From the NCBI GenBank assembly GCA_009992175.1, contig JAACWA010000010.1, positions 16,864 through 80,863 of the forward strand: a DNA stretch of 64,000 nucleotides. Direction: 5' to 3'. The notes below the pieces were generated by a model. The model was given only the letters and a program-made list of their open reading frames with translations, did no database searches and was not told where the DNA came from. Source of the stretch: an archaeon. GTDB taxonomy: Archaea > Nanobdellota > Nanobdellia > Pacearchaeales > GW2011-AR1. This document shows positions 1 to 9,961 of this stretch, piece after piece (within the stretch, counting starts at the first letter, position 1; each line of letters opens with the position of its first letter). The translations under genes and the position numbers were made by a program.

Positions 1-257
1 CTGCTAAGTTTAGTGTTTCAGAAGGAGGAATTTTATCCCTTTGGAGACTTTTTCCACATGGAATTTTTGAACTTCCCGCAATTTTCATTTCTTTGGGTTT
101 GGGAATAAAGTTTTCAACTTTTATTTTCAAGAAGAAAAAATTTAATTCTTTTAAAGAGTATTTTGAGAAATCTTTTTGGAGCTATATCACAATTATTCTT
201 CCTTTATTAGTTATTGCGGCAATAATAGAGGGAATTTTAATTGTTCTTGGAATCTAA
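1..257 (+). CDS. SpoIIM (DUF95) family membrane protein, 3' part (truncated by window edge)
   Basis: Frame from nt 3 reads ...LFPHGIFELPAIFIS...LLVIAAIIEG; stop TAA 255-257; PHGxxE and AAxIE motifs of the family. Confidence 0.8.
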   Translation, partial: AKFSVSEGGILSLWRLFPHGIFELPAIFISLGLGIKFSTFIFKKKKFNSFKEYFEKSFWSYITIILPLLVIAAIIEGILIVLGI

Positions 258-445
258 TTTTTTAATTCGTCAATTCCCATCACAATAAGAATAATTCCAA
301 TAAGAATCACAACAATTGTGATTCCTCCTTTAATTAATTCCAATGTTGCAACTCCCCATTCTGAGAGAGGCATTCCAGGCATAATCAAAGCCAATGGAAC
401 AACTAAAAGGATCAAACCTAACACAATTTTCAGCCATTTACTCAT
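254..445 (-). CDS. small two-TM membrane protein (63 aa)
   Basis: MSKWLKIVLGLILLVVPL... two hydrophobic helices; ATG at 445 preferred over the track's upstream start. Confidence 0.7.
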   Translation of the reverse strand: MSKWLKIVLGLILLVVPLALIMPGMPLSEWGVATLELIKGGITIVVILIGIILIVMGIDELKN

Positions 446-522
446 ATTCTTAATTGGAGATTGTATTTTAAATATGTTTTTGTTTAAGTTAATTTTAAAA
501 ACTGGATAAATCTCATTTTTCC

Positions 523-1506
523 ATGGACAAAGAAGACTTAGCAAGGAAGAATATTTTAAGAAACTCTGAAGAAGTTGAAGGCAAATCAATTAAGGGATAT
601 AATTTTAATCAGGGAGTAGATTATGACAAAATTCTAGATAATTTTTCAACAACGGGAATTCAAGCAAGCAATTTTTCAGAGGGAGTAGAAATAATCAATG
701 AGATGATTCAAAAAAAGGCATTTATTTATTTAGGATACACTTCAAACATGATTACCTCTGGGATTAGAGAGATTATAAGATATTTGACAGAGCAAAAGAA
801 AGTAAATGTTTTGGTTTCAAGCGCAGGAGGAATTGAAGAGGATATAATTAAATGTTTAGGAGATTTTAAGCTGGGAGATTTTAGGGCTGAGGGTAAAATT
901 TTAAGAGAAAAAGGGATAAACCGGGCTGGAAATATTTTTATTCCAAATTCAAGATATTGTGAATTTGAAAATTTTATAATGCCCATTTTGGAAGAGTTTT
1001 ATGGAAGACAAAAAAATGAAGGAAAATTTCTTACCTCTTCAGAACTTATATGGAAATTAGGCGAAAAAATTGACAAGAAGGAATCAGTTTATTATTGGGC
1101 AAATAAAAACAAAATTCCTGTTTATTGCCCAGGAATTACAGATGGGAGTCTCGGAGACATGATTTACTTTTTTAAGTCAAAGCATCCAGATTTTGTTTTA
1201 GATGTTGCAGAGGACATATGGAATTTAAACAATTCTACTCTGGGCCCAGAAAAAACAGGAATAATCATTTTGGGAGGAGGAGCAGTAAAACATTCAATTT
1301 GCAATGCAAATATGTTTCGAAATGGTGCTGACTTTGCAGTTTATATCAATACGGCTCAAGAATTTGATGGTTCTGATTCTGGAGCTTTGCCCGAAGAAGC
1401 AGTTAGTTGGGGTAAAATTTTACCAGATGCAAAAAAGGTGAAAGTTTATGGGGATGCATCAATAATTTTTCCTTTAATTGTTGCAAAAACTTTTGCTAAA
1501 AATTAA
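523..1506 (+). CDS. dys: deoxyhypusine synthase
   Basis: YTSNMITSG, SAGGIEED, TDGSLGD, GGGAVKH, FDGSDSGA-EAVSWGK motifs. Confidence 0.95.
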   Translation: MDKEDLARKNILRNSEEVEGKSIKGYNFNQGVDYDKILDNFSTTGIQASNFSEGVEIINEMIQKKAFIYLGYTSNMITSGIREIIRYLTEQKKVNVLVSSAGGIEEDIIKCLGDFKLGDFRAEGKILREKGINRAGNIFIPNSRYCEFENFIMPILEEFYGRQKNEGKFLTSSELIWKLGEKIDKKESVYYWANKNKIPVYCPGITDGSLGDMIYFFKSKHPDFVLDVAEDIWNLNNSTLGPEKTGIIILGGGAVKHSICNANMFRNGADFAVYINTAQEFDGSDSGALPEEAVSWGKILPDAKKVKVYGDASIIFPLIVAKTFAKN

Positions 1507-1568
1507 TTTTGTTATTTTTTTAAATTATTTAGATAAATATTTAAATAGAAGTGGAGACTTTATCTTCC

Positions 1569-2666
1569 ATGGTAACTGAAAATGAAAAAAATGAGGGAGT
1601 TTTTTTACCTTTTTCAAAAGAAAATTTGGAAGGAGAACTTGGAAAAGATTTTATAGATGTCTTAAGAATGGTTGCTCCAGGAACTAGTTTAAGAGTTGCG
1701 CTTGATGACTTTTTAAATGCAAAGATGGGTGCACTAATTGTTTTTGATAATGGCAACTTAGAACAAATTATTGAGGGAGGATTTAGGGTAAACACCAAAT
1801 TTAGTGCTCAAAAATTAGTAGAGCTTGCTAAAATGGATGGGGCAATAATTCTTTCAAAAGATGGAAAGGAAATTCAAAATGTGAATACACTTCTTTTTCC
1901 AGATATATCTATTCATACAAAAGAAACAGGAACAAGGCATAAAGCTGCGGAGAGAACTGCAAAACAAGCCAAAACCCTCGTTCTTGCGGTTTCAGAGAGA
2001 AAAAATAAAATTTCTATTTATTATGGGGATGCTTCGTATCAATTAAAGAGAAGTTCAGAAGTTTTGAGAAGAGCTTCGGAAACTTTACAAATTTTGGAGA
2101 AGCAAAGGGATGTTTTTGATGAATTTTTAAGTGATTTGAATTCTTTAGAGTTAAGGAGACATGCCACAATAAATGATGTTTGTGTAGTGTTACAAAGGGT
2201 TGAAATTATGAAAAGAATAAGTGACGTGGTTCAGAGATATTTAATTGAATTAGGAAAAGAAGGAATGATCGTTAAAATGAGATTAAAAGAGTTAATGGTG
2301 GGTCTTGAAAAAGAAGAAGAGTTAATATTAAAAGATTATTTTAATCAGAATCATTCATCTTCACTTGAAATTCTTGAAAAGATGGATTTTGATTTTTTAC
2401 TTGAACCAATGAATATTTCAAGACTTCTCTTTGAAGAACTTCATGATAAAACTATCTCTCCTAGGGGGGTAAGACTTCTTGGGAAAACAAATCTTCTAGA
2501 TAGATATGTGGATTTGCTTGTAGGAAATTTTGAGAGTTTCTCTGAGATCTTGATTGCAAGTAATGAAGAAATTTTAGAAGTTTTAGAAAGTGAAGCTATG
2601 CTTGCATTTTTTAGAGAGGAGATTTATAGTCTAAAAGAAAAAATAAATTTGGGTAAAGGATTATAA
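1569..2666 (+). CDS. disA: DisA-type diadenylate cyclase / DNA integrity scanning protein
   Basis: APGTSLR, ELAKMDGA (DGA), ETGTRHKAAER (RHR-like), DisA linker and SPRG..LL C-terminal region; ATG 1569 assumed. Confidence 0.9.
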   Translation: MVTENEKNEGVFLPFSKENLEGELGKDFIDVLRMVAPGTSLRVALDDFLNAKMGALIVFDNGNLEQIIEGGFRVNTKFSAQKLVELAKMDGAIILSKDGKEIQNVNTLLFPDISIHTKETGTRHKAAERTAKQAKTLVLAVSERKNKISIYYGDASYQLKRSSEVLRRASETLQILEKQRDVFDEFLSDLNSLELRRHATINDVCVVLQRVEIMKRISDVVQRYLIELGKEGMIVKMRLKELMVGLEKEEELILKDYFNQNHSSSLEILEKMDFDFLLEPMNISRLLFEELHDKTISPRGVRLLGKTNLLDRYVDLLVGNFESFSEILIASNEEILEVLESEAMLAFFREEIYSLKEKINLGKGL

Positions 2667-2708
2667 TTTTTTAATTACCTTTTTATACTAAAATTAACTT
2701 TTGTTTTT

Positions 2709-3755
2709 ATGTTAGATAAAGAAGAAATTTTAAAGGTAAGAGAACATCTTGAAAAAGCACAAAGTCCCCTTTTTTATTTTGATAATGATCAAGATGGATT
2801 ATGTAGCTATCTCCTATTAAGAAGATTTTATAATAAAGGGAATGGAGTTCCAGTTAAAACCTCTCCATTAGGAATGGAATATATAAGGCGCATTGATGAA
2901 TTTTATCCAGATTATGTCTTTATTTTAGATCAACCTACCGTTTCAAATGAATTTTTTGAAGCAATCAGACAAAAAAATATTCCTATTGTTTGGATCGATC
3001 ACCACGAAGTGGATAAAGATTCTCTTCCAGATTATGTTAATTATTTTAATCCCCTTTATAGTTCTAAAAAAAGTAGTGAACCTGTAACTAAAATCTGTTA
3101 TGAAATTACAAAAAGAAAAGAAGATCTTTGGATTTCAATTGCGGGTTGCCTTTCAGACAAATTTTTTCCAAAAGAATATAATGAATTTTCAAAGTTATAT
3201 CCAGATTTATCTCTTGATTCAAAAGATCCATTCAAACTTTTTTATGAATCTGGAATTGGAAAACTTTCGAGAATGATTGGAATGGGGTTAAAAGATAGGA
3301 CAAGTTTAGTTATGAAGATGATAAGGTTTCTTATTCAAGCAAGGACTCCTTATGAAGTTTTAGAAGAAAAATCAGAAAATATTAATTTGCATCGAAGATT
3401 TAATGAAATAAATTCCAAATTACAAAAATTAGTTAATAAGGCTAAGAGTGAAATAACTTTATCAAAACTTCTTTTTTTTAAATATTCTGGAGATACTAGT
3501 ATGAGTTCAGATTTATCAAATAAACTTAGTTATGAAATTCCAGAAAAATTTATTGTTGTTGCATTTTTAAGAGGTTCAAGAGTAAACATTTCAATTAGGG
3601 GGAAGAATGCCAAAAAGACAATTAAAAAAGCAATAAAGGAATTTTCCCTTGCAAAGTTTGGAGGACATAAAGATGCTGTTGGAGCACAAATGAACGAAGA
3701 CGAACTGGATAAATTTAAAGAGAATATTGAGAAAATTTTAGATCAAAAGTCTTAA
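2709..3755 (+). CDS. DHH/DHHA1 family phosphoesterase
   Basis: DNDQDG, LDQP, IDHH, SIRG, GGHKDAVG. Confidence 0.9.
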   Translation: MLDKEEILKVREHLEKAQSPLFYFDNDQDGLCSYLLLRRFYNKGNGVPVKTSPLGMEYIRRIDEFYPDYVFILDQPTVSNEFFEAIRQKNIPIVWIDHHEVDKDSLPDYVNYFNPLYSSKKSSEPVTKICYEITKRKEDLWISIAGCLSDKFFPKEYNEFSKLYPDLSLDSKDPFKLFYESGIGKLSRMIGMGLKDRTSLVMKMIRFLIQARTPYEVLEEKSENINLHRRFNEINSKLQKLVNKAKSEITLSKLLFFKYSGDTSMSSDLSNKLSYEIPEKFIVVAFLRGSRVNISIRGKNAKKTIKKAIKEFSLAKFGGHKDAVGAQMNEDELDKFKENIEKILDQKS

Positions 3756-3947
3756 AAAGAATTGGATCTTATTTCTATTATGAGTAAAAATCTGCATTTC
3801 AGATATTGTATTTGGAATTTTAAGTCAGTTATTACTCAAATTAAATAAAGCTTAATTTAACCCAAAACTTTTGTTTTTGAATTAAATTAAGAAAATATTT
3901 CTAGTTAATTTAATTTGAAAAGAAGTTTTGGAAAATAAAAAACCAAA

Positions 3948-4055
3948 ATGGAAAACATAGAAAAAGTTGAGGTAGAGAAAGAATTAGGTTCTTTGTTTGA
4001 GAGAACTTTAAGTCTTGAAGATGAACTTAATTCTTTTTTGAAGTTGGAAGATTAG
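3948..4055 (+). CDS. putative 35-aa acidic micro-protein
   Basis: ATG..TAG, MENIEKVEVEKELGSLFERTLSLEDELNSFLKLED, GAA-rich host-like codons; below ORF-track cutoff. Confidence 0.4.
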   Translation: MENIEKVEVEKELGSLFERTLSLEDELNSFLKLED

Positions 4056-4109
4056 AATCTTTTTTTAGTGTGTGAGCTCTTTTAGAGGCATCTTTACAAA
4101 TTTTCAAAA

Positions 4110-5549
4110 TTAGTAACTTCTACTAAAATACATTTCTTCAATAGCTTTTTCGGAACAAAAAGGACAATTTCCCGAAATTTTCTTTTTTTCAAAGGTAACA
4201 CATCTTGTTGTTGCGCCTGTTTCATCCTTTATCTTTTCTTCACAAACAGTTTTTCCACACCAATCCATTTTTATTAACTTTTTATTTTTCATCCCTTCTT
4301 CGAATTCTTCTTTTGTTTTTACTTTAATTATTGAGTCTTCCATCCTTTTTTTTGCTTTTAGAAAGAGGTCTTTTTGTATTCTTTCTAAAATTTTTGGAAC
4401 TTCTTTTTGTAAATCTTTTATCTTTGATTCAGATTTTTCTTTTGTATCCCTTCGAACTAAAGTTACAACCCCTTTTTCTAAATCTCTTGGTCCAATTTCT
4501 ATTCTTAATGGAATTCCTTTTAGCTCATATTCGGAAAATTTATATCCAGGAGAATAGTCTTCAGAATTATCCATAATTGGATTAAATTTTTTTAGTGATT
4601 TAAACACTTCTTCAGATTTTTTTAAAACTTCTTTTTCTTTTCCCTTGAAAATTAAAGGAATTATCACCAATTGGTTTTCAGCAACTTTTGGTGGAAGTAC
4701 AAGTCCAGAGTTATCTGAATGAGTCATTACAACTCCCCCAATTAATCTAGTTGAGAGTCCCCAAGAATTTTGAAATGGAAAATGTTTTTTTTCATCCCTT
4801 CCCAAAAAACTTATTCCAAAAACCTTGGCAAATCCTTGTCCCAAGTTATGAGAAGTTCCACATTGTAGTGCTTTTCCGTCTGGCATGAATGCTTCAATAG
4901 TATAGGTGTGTTTTGCTCCGGCAAATTTTTCTTTTTCAGATTTTTTTCCAACAAGAACGGGAATTCCAAGAAGATCTTCAGATATTTTTTTATAGCGCTT
5001 TATAATTTCAATAGTTTCTTTTTCACATTCTTCATCAGTCTCATAAACATTATGTCCCTCTTGCCACAAAAATTCACGGGTTCTTAAAAAAAGTCTTGTT
5101 GCTTTAGTTTCCCAACGAACAATATTACACCATTGATTTATTTTAAGAGGTAAATCTTTGTAAGACCTAATCCATCTAGAATAAGAATTATACATTATTG
5201 TTTCTGAAGTTGGCCTTATTGCGAGCCTTTCGGAATCTTTAGTCAATTCTTTATCAATCCATGCAACTTCTGGGGTAAAACCTTCAGCATGTTCAGATTC
5301 TTTTTTAAAGAAAGATTCAGGAATTAAAATTGGAAAATAAGCGTTTTTTACTCCTAATGGTTTGTTAATTATTTTTTCAAAGTTTTCTTTTATTTTTTCC
5401 CAAATTGAATATCCTCTGGGCCTGATAACCATAAATCCCTTAACTTTTGCAAATTCTACTAATTCAGATTTTAAACAAACTTCTTCATACCATTTAGACA
5501 AATCTTCTTCTTTTTTTGATTGAATTCCAATGCTTTTTTTCCCTTCCAT
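4110..5549 (-). CDS. proS: proline--tRNA ligase (archaeal/eukaryotic type)
   Basis: AIRPTSET, FLRTREFLWQEGH, LQCGTSHNLGQ, SWGLSTR, C-terminal Cys cluster and terminal Y. Confidence 0.97.
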   Translation of the reverse strand: MEGKKSIGIQSKKEEDLSKWYEEVCLKSELVEFAKVKGFMVIRPRGYSIWEKIKENFEKIINKPLGVKNAYFPILIPESFFKKESEHAEGFTPEVAWIDKELTKDSERLAIRPTSETIMYNSYSRWIRSYKDLPLKINQWCNIVRWETKATRLFLRTREFLWQEGHNVYETDEECEKETIEIIKRYKKISEDLLGIPVLVGKKSEKEKFAGAKHTYTIEAFMPDGKALQCGTSHNLGQGFAKVFGISFLGRDEKKHFPFQNSWGLSTRLIGGVVMTHSDNSGLVLPPKVAENQLVIIPLIFKGKEKEVLKKSEEVFKSLKKFNPIMDNSEDYSPGYKFSEYELKGIPLRIEIGPRDLEKGVVTLVRRDTKEKSESKIKDLQKEVPKILERIQKDLFLKAKKRMEDSIIKVKTKEEFEEGMKNKKLIKMDWCGKTVCEEKIKDETGATTRCVTFEKKKISGNCPFCSEKAIEEMYFSRSY

Positions 5550-5566
5550 AGTGTTATATAAAATTG

Positions 5567-6442
5567 TTAATTTATTAAAGTTTCATTTAGGAATTCTTGA
5601 CTAATTGAATTTACTCCAAATTTTATTTTGTCTGATTCAAGAGCAAATCCAATTCCTTCAGTATTTACTAATTTAAAATTATTCATTCCAATCACATTTC
5701 CATTTTTGTTAAGTAAAGGTCCTCCCGAATTTCCAGGATTTAGTTGTGCATTTGTTTGAATATAAGTTCCTGCAGTTCCAAAACTTGATCCTGGTCGCCC
5801 TGTTGCAGAAACAATTCCATCAGTTGCAGAGAAACTCAATCCCTCTGGAGTTCCAATTGCTACTACTTTTTCTCCAACACCTACATTTGAAGATTCTTCC
5901 AAATCAAGGTACCCATATTTAGAAGTTGTTTTCAAAAGGGCCAAATCTAAATTTTTTATATACCCCACTAAAGTTCCAGTATAAACTTGGTTATCATTTG
6001 TCAGAATTTGAATAACTTGGGAAATTTGTCCACTATCATCTTCAATCACATGTTCATTTGTAACTACATATCCTTCAGAGATGAAAAATCCAGAACCTAA
6101 TGAAGAAAGTGTTCTTACAATTACTACAGAGTTTATACTATTTTTTATTACTTCTGAAAAATCTTCACTTGTTTGGAGTTTTAGTTTACTTATTTGAGTG
6201 TTTGTCGAGTCTATGCTTTGGTTTAGAATTTTAATTGTACGTTTTGATTCTATCTGGCTTCCTGCAAGTTCATTAATTTTTTGATTAGTTATTTCTTTAA
6301 GTTGATAAATTTCATTTTTAAGTTGACTATTTTCTAAATTTTGTTTTACAATTGTTGCATTTAAGAGAATTGCAATTACAATTATTGAGATAATTATTAC
6401 TGTTGAAAAACTCCCAATTATTATTTTATGGTGCCTCTTCAT
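5567..6442 (-). CDS. membrane-anchored trypsin-like (HtrA/DegP-type, no PDZ) serine protease
   Basis: N-terminal TM + coiled coil, GSGF, TNEHV, DLALL, NPGNSGGPL. Confidence 0.9.
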   Translation of the reverse strand: MKRHHKIIIGSFSTVIIISIIVIAILLNATIVKQNLENSQLKNEIYQLKEITNQKINELAGSQIESKRTIKILNQSIDSTNTQISKLKLQTSEDFSEVIKNSINSVVIVRTLSSLGSGFFISEGYVVTNEHVIEDDSGQISQVIQILTNDNQVYTGTLVGYIKNLDLALLKTTSKYGYLDLEESSNVGVGEKVVAIGTPEGLSFSATDGIVSATGRPGSSFGTAGTYIQTNAQLNPGNSGGPLLNKNGNVIGMNNFKLVNTEGIGFALESDKIKFGVNSISQEFLNETLIN

Positions 6443-6495
6443 CAAAAATTAAAAATCTCAAATTATTTAAATCTAACCTGACCATTATTTAGTGA

Positions 6496-6567
6496 GGGTC
6501 TATAGTTCAACGGATAGAATATCGGGTTTCGGCCCCGAAGATCTAGGTTCAATTCCTAGTAGACTCA
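6496..6567 (+). tRNA. tRNA-Arg(TCG)
   Basis: Acceptor GGGTCTA/TAGACTC, anticodon arm TCGGG-TT-TCG-GC-CCCGA, T arm CTAGG-TTCAATT-CCTAG; CCA not encoded. Confidence 0.92.
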
Positions 6568-6575
6568 TGGTGAGA

Positions 6576-7703
6576 ATGAAAAAAGAAACAAAAAATTATT
6601 TAATTGTCACTTCAGTTTTGATTGGAAGTTGTATTGGAGCAGGAGTTTTGGGTATCCCATATGTGGCTTCAAAAGCAGGATTTTTCACTACTTTGTTTTA
6701 TATTCTTTTTATTGGATCAATAATTCTGTTGTCTAACCTTTATTTGGGGGAGGTTACCCTCAGAACAAAGGGAAACCACCAATTAAGTGGCTATGCAGAA
6801 AAATATTTGGGAAAGAAAGGTAAAAGGGTCATGGATTTTGCATTTATTTTTGGAGTTTATTCTGCAATTGTTGCGTATTTGATTGGGATGGGAGATAGTT
6901 TAAGTTTTTTAATTTTTGGAAATTTAGTCCATTCAATTCCAATGGGAATCTTAGCTGGGTTTGTAATGATGTTTTTACTTTGGAAGGGAGTAAATGCTTT
7001 AAAAAAATTTGAAAATTTAGGAGTTTTTATTATTCTTGGACTTTTAATATTAATATTTATTTTGTTTTTACCTTTAGTTAATTTTGAAAACTTAGGGTAT
7101 AACCATTTTGAAAGTTTTTTGCTTCCATTTGGTGTTGTTCTTTTTGCTTTCCTTTCTTTTACTTCTATCCCTCAAATAGCATATATTTTAAGGAATGAAA
7201 AGAAAGTTTTGAGAAAATCGATTGTTACAGGTTCAATCGTTTCAGTTCTTTTTTATTGCTTGTTTGCATTTATTGTGGTGGGTTTTATGGGGGTTAATAC
7301 TCCAGAAGTTGCAACTCTTGCATTGGGTTCAATTTTTATCTTTTTGGGAATTTTTACTATTTTCACTTCTTACCTTTCAGTAGGGAACGCTCTTGAAGAA
7401 GATTTTGAATTTGATGACAAGGTGAGTAAAAGGAGTTCATGGTTTTTAGCTTCAATTATTCCAATGATTGTCTATGCATTAATTAGTTTTTTTCCTTTTT
7501 TCTCTTTTACAAAAGTTTTGTCTATAGGAGGAGTTGTTTCAGGAGGGATAATGGTAATTTTAATTATGTTTATTGTTAAGCGGGCAAAAGAAAAAGGAGA
7601 AAGGGAACCTGAATATACTATTCCCTTAAATTGGGCAGTAATTCTTTTTGTAATTCTTATTTTTGTTGTTGGAGCTCTAAAAGAAATTTTCTCTTTTTTT
7701 TAA
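6576..7703 (+). CDS. aromatic amino acid permease family (Mtr/TnaB/TyrP-like) transporter
   Basis: IGSCIGAGVLGIPY, ~11 TM helices, PFGVVLFAF, FTSYL; start moved downstream of the tRNA (GGTGAG precedes ATG 6576). Confidence 0.85.
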   Translation: MKKETKNYLIVTSVLIGSCIGAGVLGIPYVASKAGFFTTLFYILFIGSIILLSNLYLGEVTLRTKGNHQLSGYAEKYLGKKGKRVMDFAFIFGVYSAIVAYLIGMGDSLSFLIFGNLVHSIPMGILAGFVMMFLLWKGVNALKKFENLGVFIILGLLILIFILFLPLVNFENLGYNHFESFLLPFGVVLFAFLSFTSIPQIAYILRNEKKVLRKSIVTGSIVSVLFYCLFAFIVVGFMGVNTPEVATLALGSIFIFLGIFTIFTSYLSVGNALEEDFEFDDKVSKRSSWFLASIIPMIVYALISFFPFFSFTKVLSIGGVVSGGIMVILIMFIVKRAKEKGEREPEYTIPLNWAVILFVILIFVVGALKEIFSFF

Positions 7704-7751
7704 TAAGAACCTTTTTTAATGGAATTCATTTAACATATTTAAATTAAAAAA

Positions 7752-8138
7752 ATGATAAAATCAAACACCAAGTTTCTTAGAACTCTTTTCTTTTTAATTG
7801 GGATTGTTGCGACTCTTGCATATAGGATGATTATTTTTTTCAATCTTTATAGTCCTTATTGGGTAAACATTTTATGGTATATTGGAACAGTTGGTTTTAT
7901 TTTATATTTTGGACATAGATATAATATTCAAAAGAAAGAAGCTGAATTAGTGGAAAAGTATAAGTTATTAAAAGCAGTTGAAGACTCAAAGCATATTAAA
8001 GGAAAGCAAAAAGAAGCATTGAATTATATTGTAAATTCAATTGCAACTTCAAAGTCAAGGTGGAATTCTTTAACAATAGTTTTACTTTCTGTTTTAGCTT
8101 TAATAATGGGAATTATTTTGGATTTAGGAATTTTTTGA
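7752..8138 (+). CDS. hypothetical membrane protein
   Basis: 128-aa ORF with three hydrophobic segments. Confidence 0.75.
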   Translation: MIKSNTKFLRTLFFLIGIVATLAYRMIIFFNLYSPYWVNILWYIGTVGFILYFGHRYNIQKKEAELVEKYKLLKAVEDSKHIKGKQKEALNYIVNSIATSKSRWNSLTIVLLSVLALIMGIILDLGIF

Positions 8139-8223
8139 TTAATCTTAGTTAATCCGTTTTCTTTTTGTGGTTTATTTAAATTTTTATACAAATATTTAAA
8201 TAATTCTTAAAATTTATTTAAAG

Positions 8224-8628
8224 ATGGTGATGAGGGTTAAAAATAGAAAAATTGCTAGACAAAAAGGGTTTGTTCCTATTTCAGAAAAAAAGAACTTTGT
8301 TGATAGTGGGGAAAAATTTAATAATTTTTTACATAATTACTCCCAGGAGTTTGGAATAAAAGATAAACAAAATTATAATAAATTTAACAAAAGAGAAAAA
8401 TATATTATGGGGGTTCCAAAGGATCATCGAGAGGAGGTTTTAAGAGAAGTTTACCATAAGAATCCATCACAAGATGTAAAGTACTATCTTTCTTCAGTTA
8501 AAGAGTTTTTAGAAAAAAAAGGATATTATCATGTCCCAACACAAAGAGATATGGAAGATGCGTTTATAAAAGAGACACTCAATGCGCAGAGTATTGAAAG
8601 AACAAAGGACAAATATTCTAGGGAATAA
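8224..8628 (+). CDS. hypothetical protein
   Basis: 134-aa ORF filling the intergenic gap, TATA-like ATTTAAATA ~30 nt upstream. Confidence 0.65.
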   Translation: MVMRVKNRKIARQKGFVPISEKKNFVDSGEKFNNFLHNYSQEFGIKDKQNYNKFNKREKYIMGVPKDHREEVLREVYHKNPSQDVKYYLSSVKEFLEKKGYYHVPTQRDMEDAFIKETLNAQSIERTKDKYSRE

Positions 8629-8645
8629 CTTTTGTTTTTCTTAAG

Positions 8646-8683
8646 ACCAACATATTTTTAACTTCTTTATTGTTTATTCTAAT
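8646..8683 (+). promoter_or_regulatory. gatD promoter (BRE/TATA), near-duplicate of gatE promoter
   Basis: ACCAACATATTTTTAACT-N9-TTTATTCTA-N2-ATG, same blocks and spacing as 11090-11127. Confidence 0.7.
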
Positions 8684-9961
8684 ATGGAAATAGAGAAAAA
8701 CTTTGGTAACCTTGTTCAAGTTGAGAGGGGGAAAGAAATTTATGAGGGAATTCTACTTCCTGGTCCAGAACAAGGAGTTATTATTTTAAAGTTGGAGAAT
8801 GGATATAATATTGGATTTAATAAAAAAGAAATTTTAAAATTAAAAGTTGTTAAAAAAATTTTTGAAAAAAAAGAAGAATTTGAAGTTAAAAATTTAAAAA
8901 ATAATCTAAATGTTGCTATGGTTATCTTAGGGGGAACAATTTCAGCTAGACTCAATCCAGGTAAGGGAGGAGTCGATTTTATTGAAAATCCAAACGATTT
9001 TTTTAAATATTACCCAGAAATTTTTAAGATTGCAAACATTTCTCGTGTCGAAACTCCCTTTATGAAAGGTTCGGAGAACATGGATTATAAAGATTGGCAG
9101 AAAATTGCAAAAGTTGTTTGTGAATTGGTTAATGATTCTAATATTTCAGGAGTGATTGTAACTCAGGGAACAGATACCCTTCATTACACTTCTTCAGCTT
9201 TAAGTTTTTTTTTAAGAGATTTAGGTAAACCAGTTGTTCTTACTTTTTCACAGAGAAGTATTGACAGGGGAAGTAGTGATGCCACTCTCAATTTATTATG
9301 TTCAGCTAAAATGGCAATTTCCAATTCTTCAGGAGTTTTTGTTGTGGGTCACGCTAATAGTGAAGATGAATTTTGTTTTTCAATAAATGGAGCAAAGGTA
9401 AGAAAAATGCATTCTTCAAGAAGAGATGCATTCAAACCAATAAATTCTGAGCCAATTTTTAAGGTTTATCCTGAAAAATTAGAAAAAGTTTCTGAGTATA
9501 AGTTGAGGAATAATAAAAAAAAGTGTTTGGTTGACAACAAATTTGAAGAAAAAATTGCTCTTTTGAAATTTTATCCGGGAGAAGATCCGAGCATATTAGA
9601 TTATTATCTTAAAGAAGGATATAAGGGACTTGTTATTGAAATGTTGGGGTTAGGTCACGTTGCGACAAGTGGATCAAGAATTAGTTGGATAAAAAAGTTA
9701 AATGAAATTCAAAAGAAAGGAATGATTGTTTGTGCTGCTGCCCAAACAATTTTTGGTCGACTTGATCCCTTAGTGTATGTAACAGGAAGAGAATTAATTG
9801 AAACCGGAATAATCTATTTAGAAGATATGTTGAGCGAAACAGCATTTGTGAAATTGGGGTGGGTTCTTGGTCACAAAGATTGGGTTTCTTCAAAAGAAAA
9901 GGTAAAAGAAAAAATGCTTGAAAACTTTTCTGGAGAATTAAATAATAGATTAATTGAGTAA
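8684..9961 (+). CDS. gatD: Glu-tRNA(Gln) amidotransferase subunit D
   Basis: KLENGYNIG N-domain, GGTIS, GTDT, SQRSIDRGSSD, RKMHSSRRDAF. Confidence 0.95.
   Translation: MEIEKNFGNLVQVERGKEIYEGILLPGPEQGVIILKLENGYNIGFNKKEILKLKVVKKIFEKKEEFEVKNLKNNLNVAMVILGGTISARLNPGKGGVDFIENPNDFFKYYPEIFKIANISRVETPFMKGSENMDYKDWQKIAKVVCELVNDSNISGVIVTQGTDTLHYTSSALSFFLRDLGKPVVLTFSQRSIDRGSSDATLNLLCSAKMAISNSSGVFVVGHANSEDEFCFSINGAKVRKMHSSRRDAFKPINSEPIFKVYPEKLEKVSEYKLRNNKKKCLVDNKFEEKIALLKFYPGEDPSILDYYLKEGYKGLVIEMLGLGHVATSGSRISWIKKLNEIQKKGMIVCAAAQTIFGRLDPLVYVTGRELIETGIIYLEDMLSETAFVKLGWVLGHKDWVSSKEKVKEKMLENFSGELNNRLIE

Noticed and set aside
6492..6575. N-terminal extension of the permease given in the ORF track
   Set aside because: It runs through tRNA-Arg; the real start is downstream.
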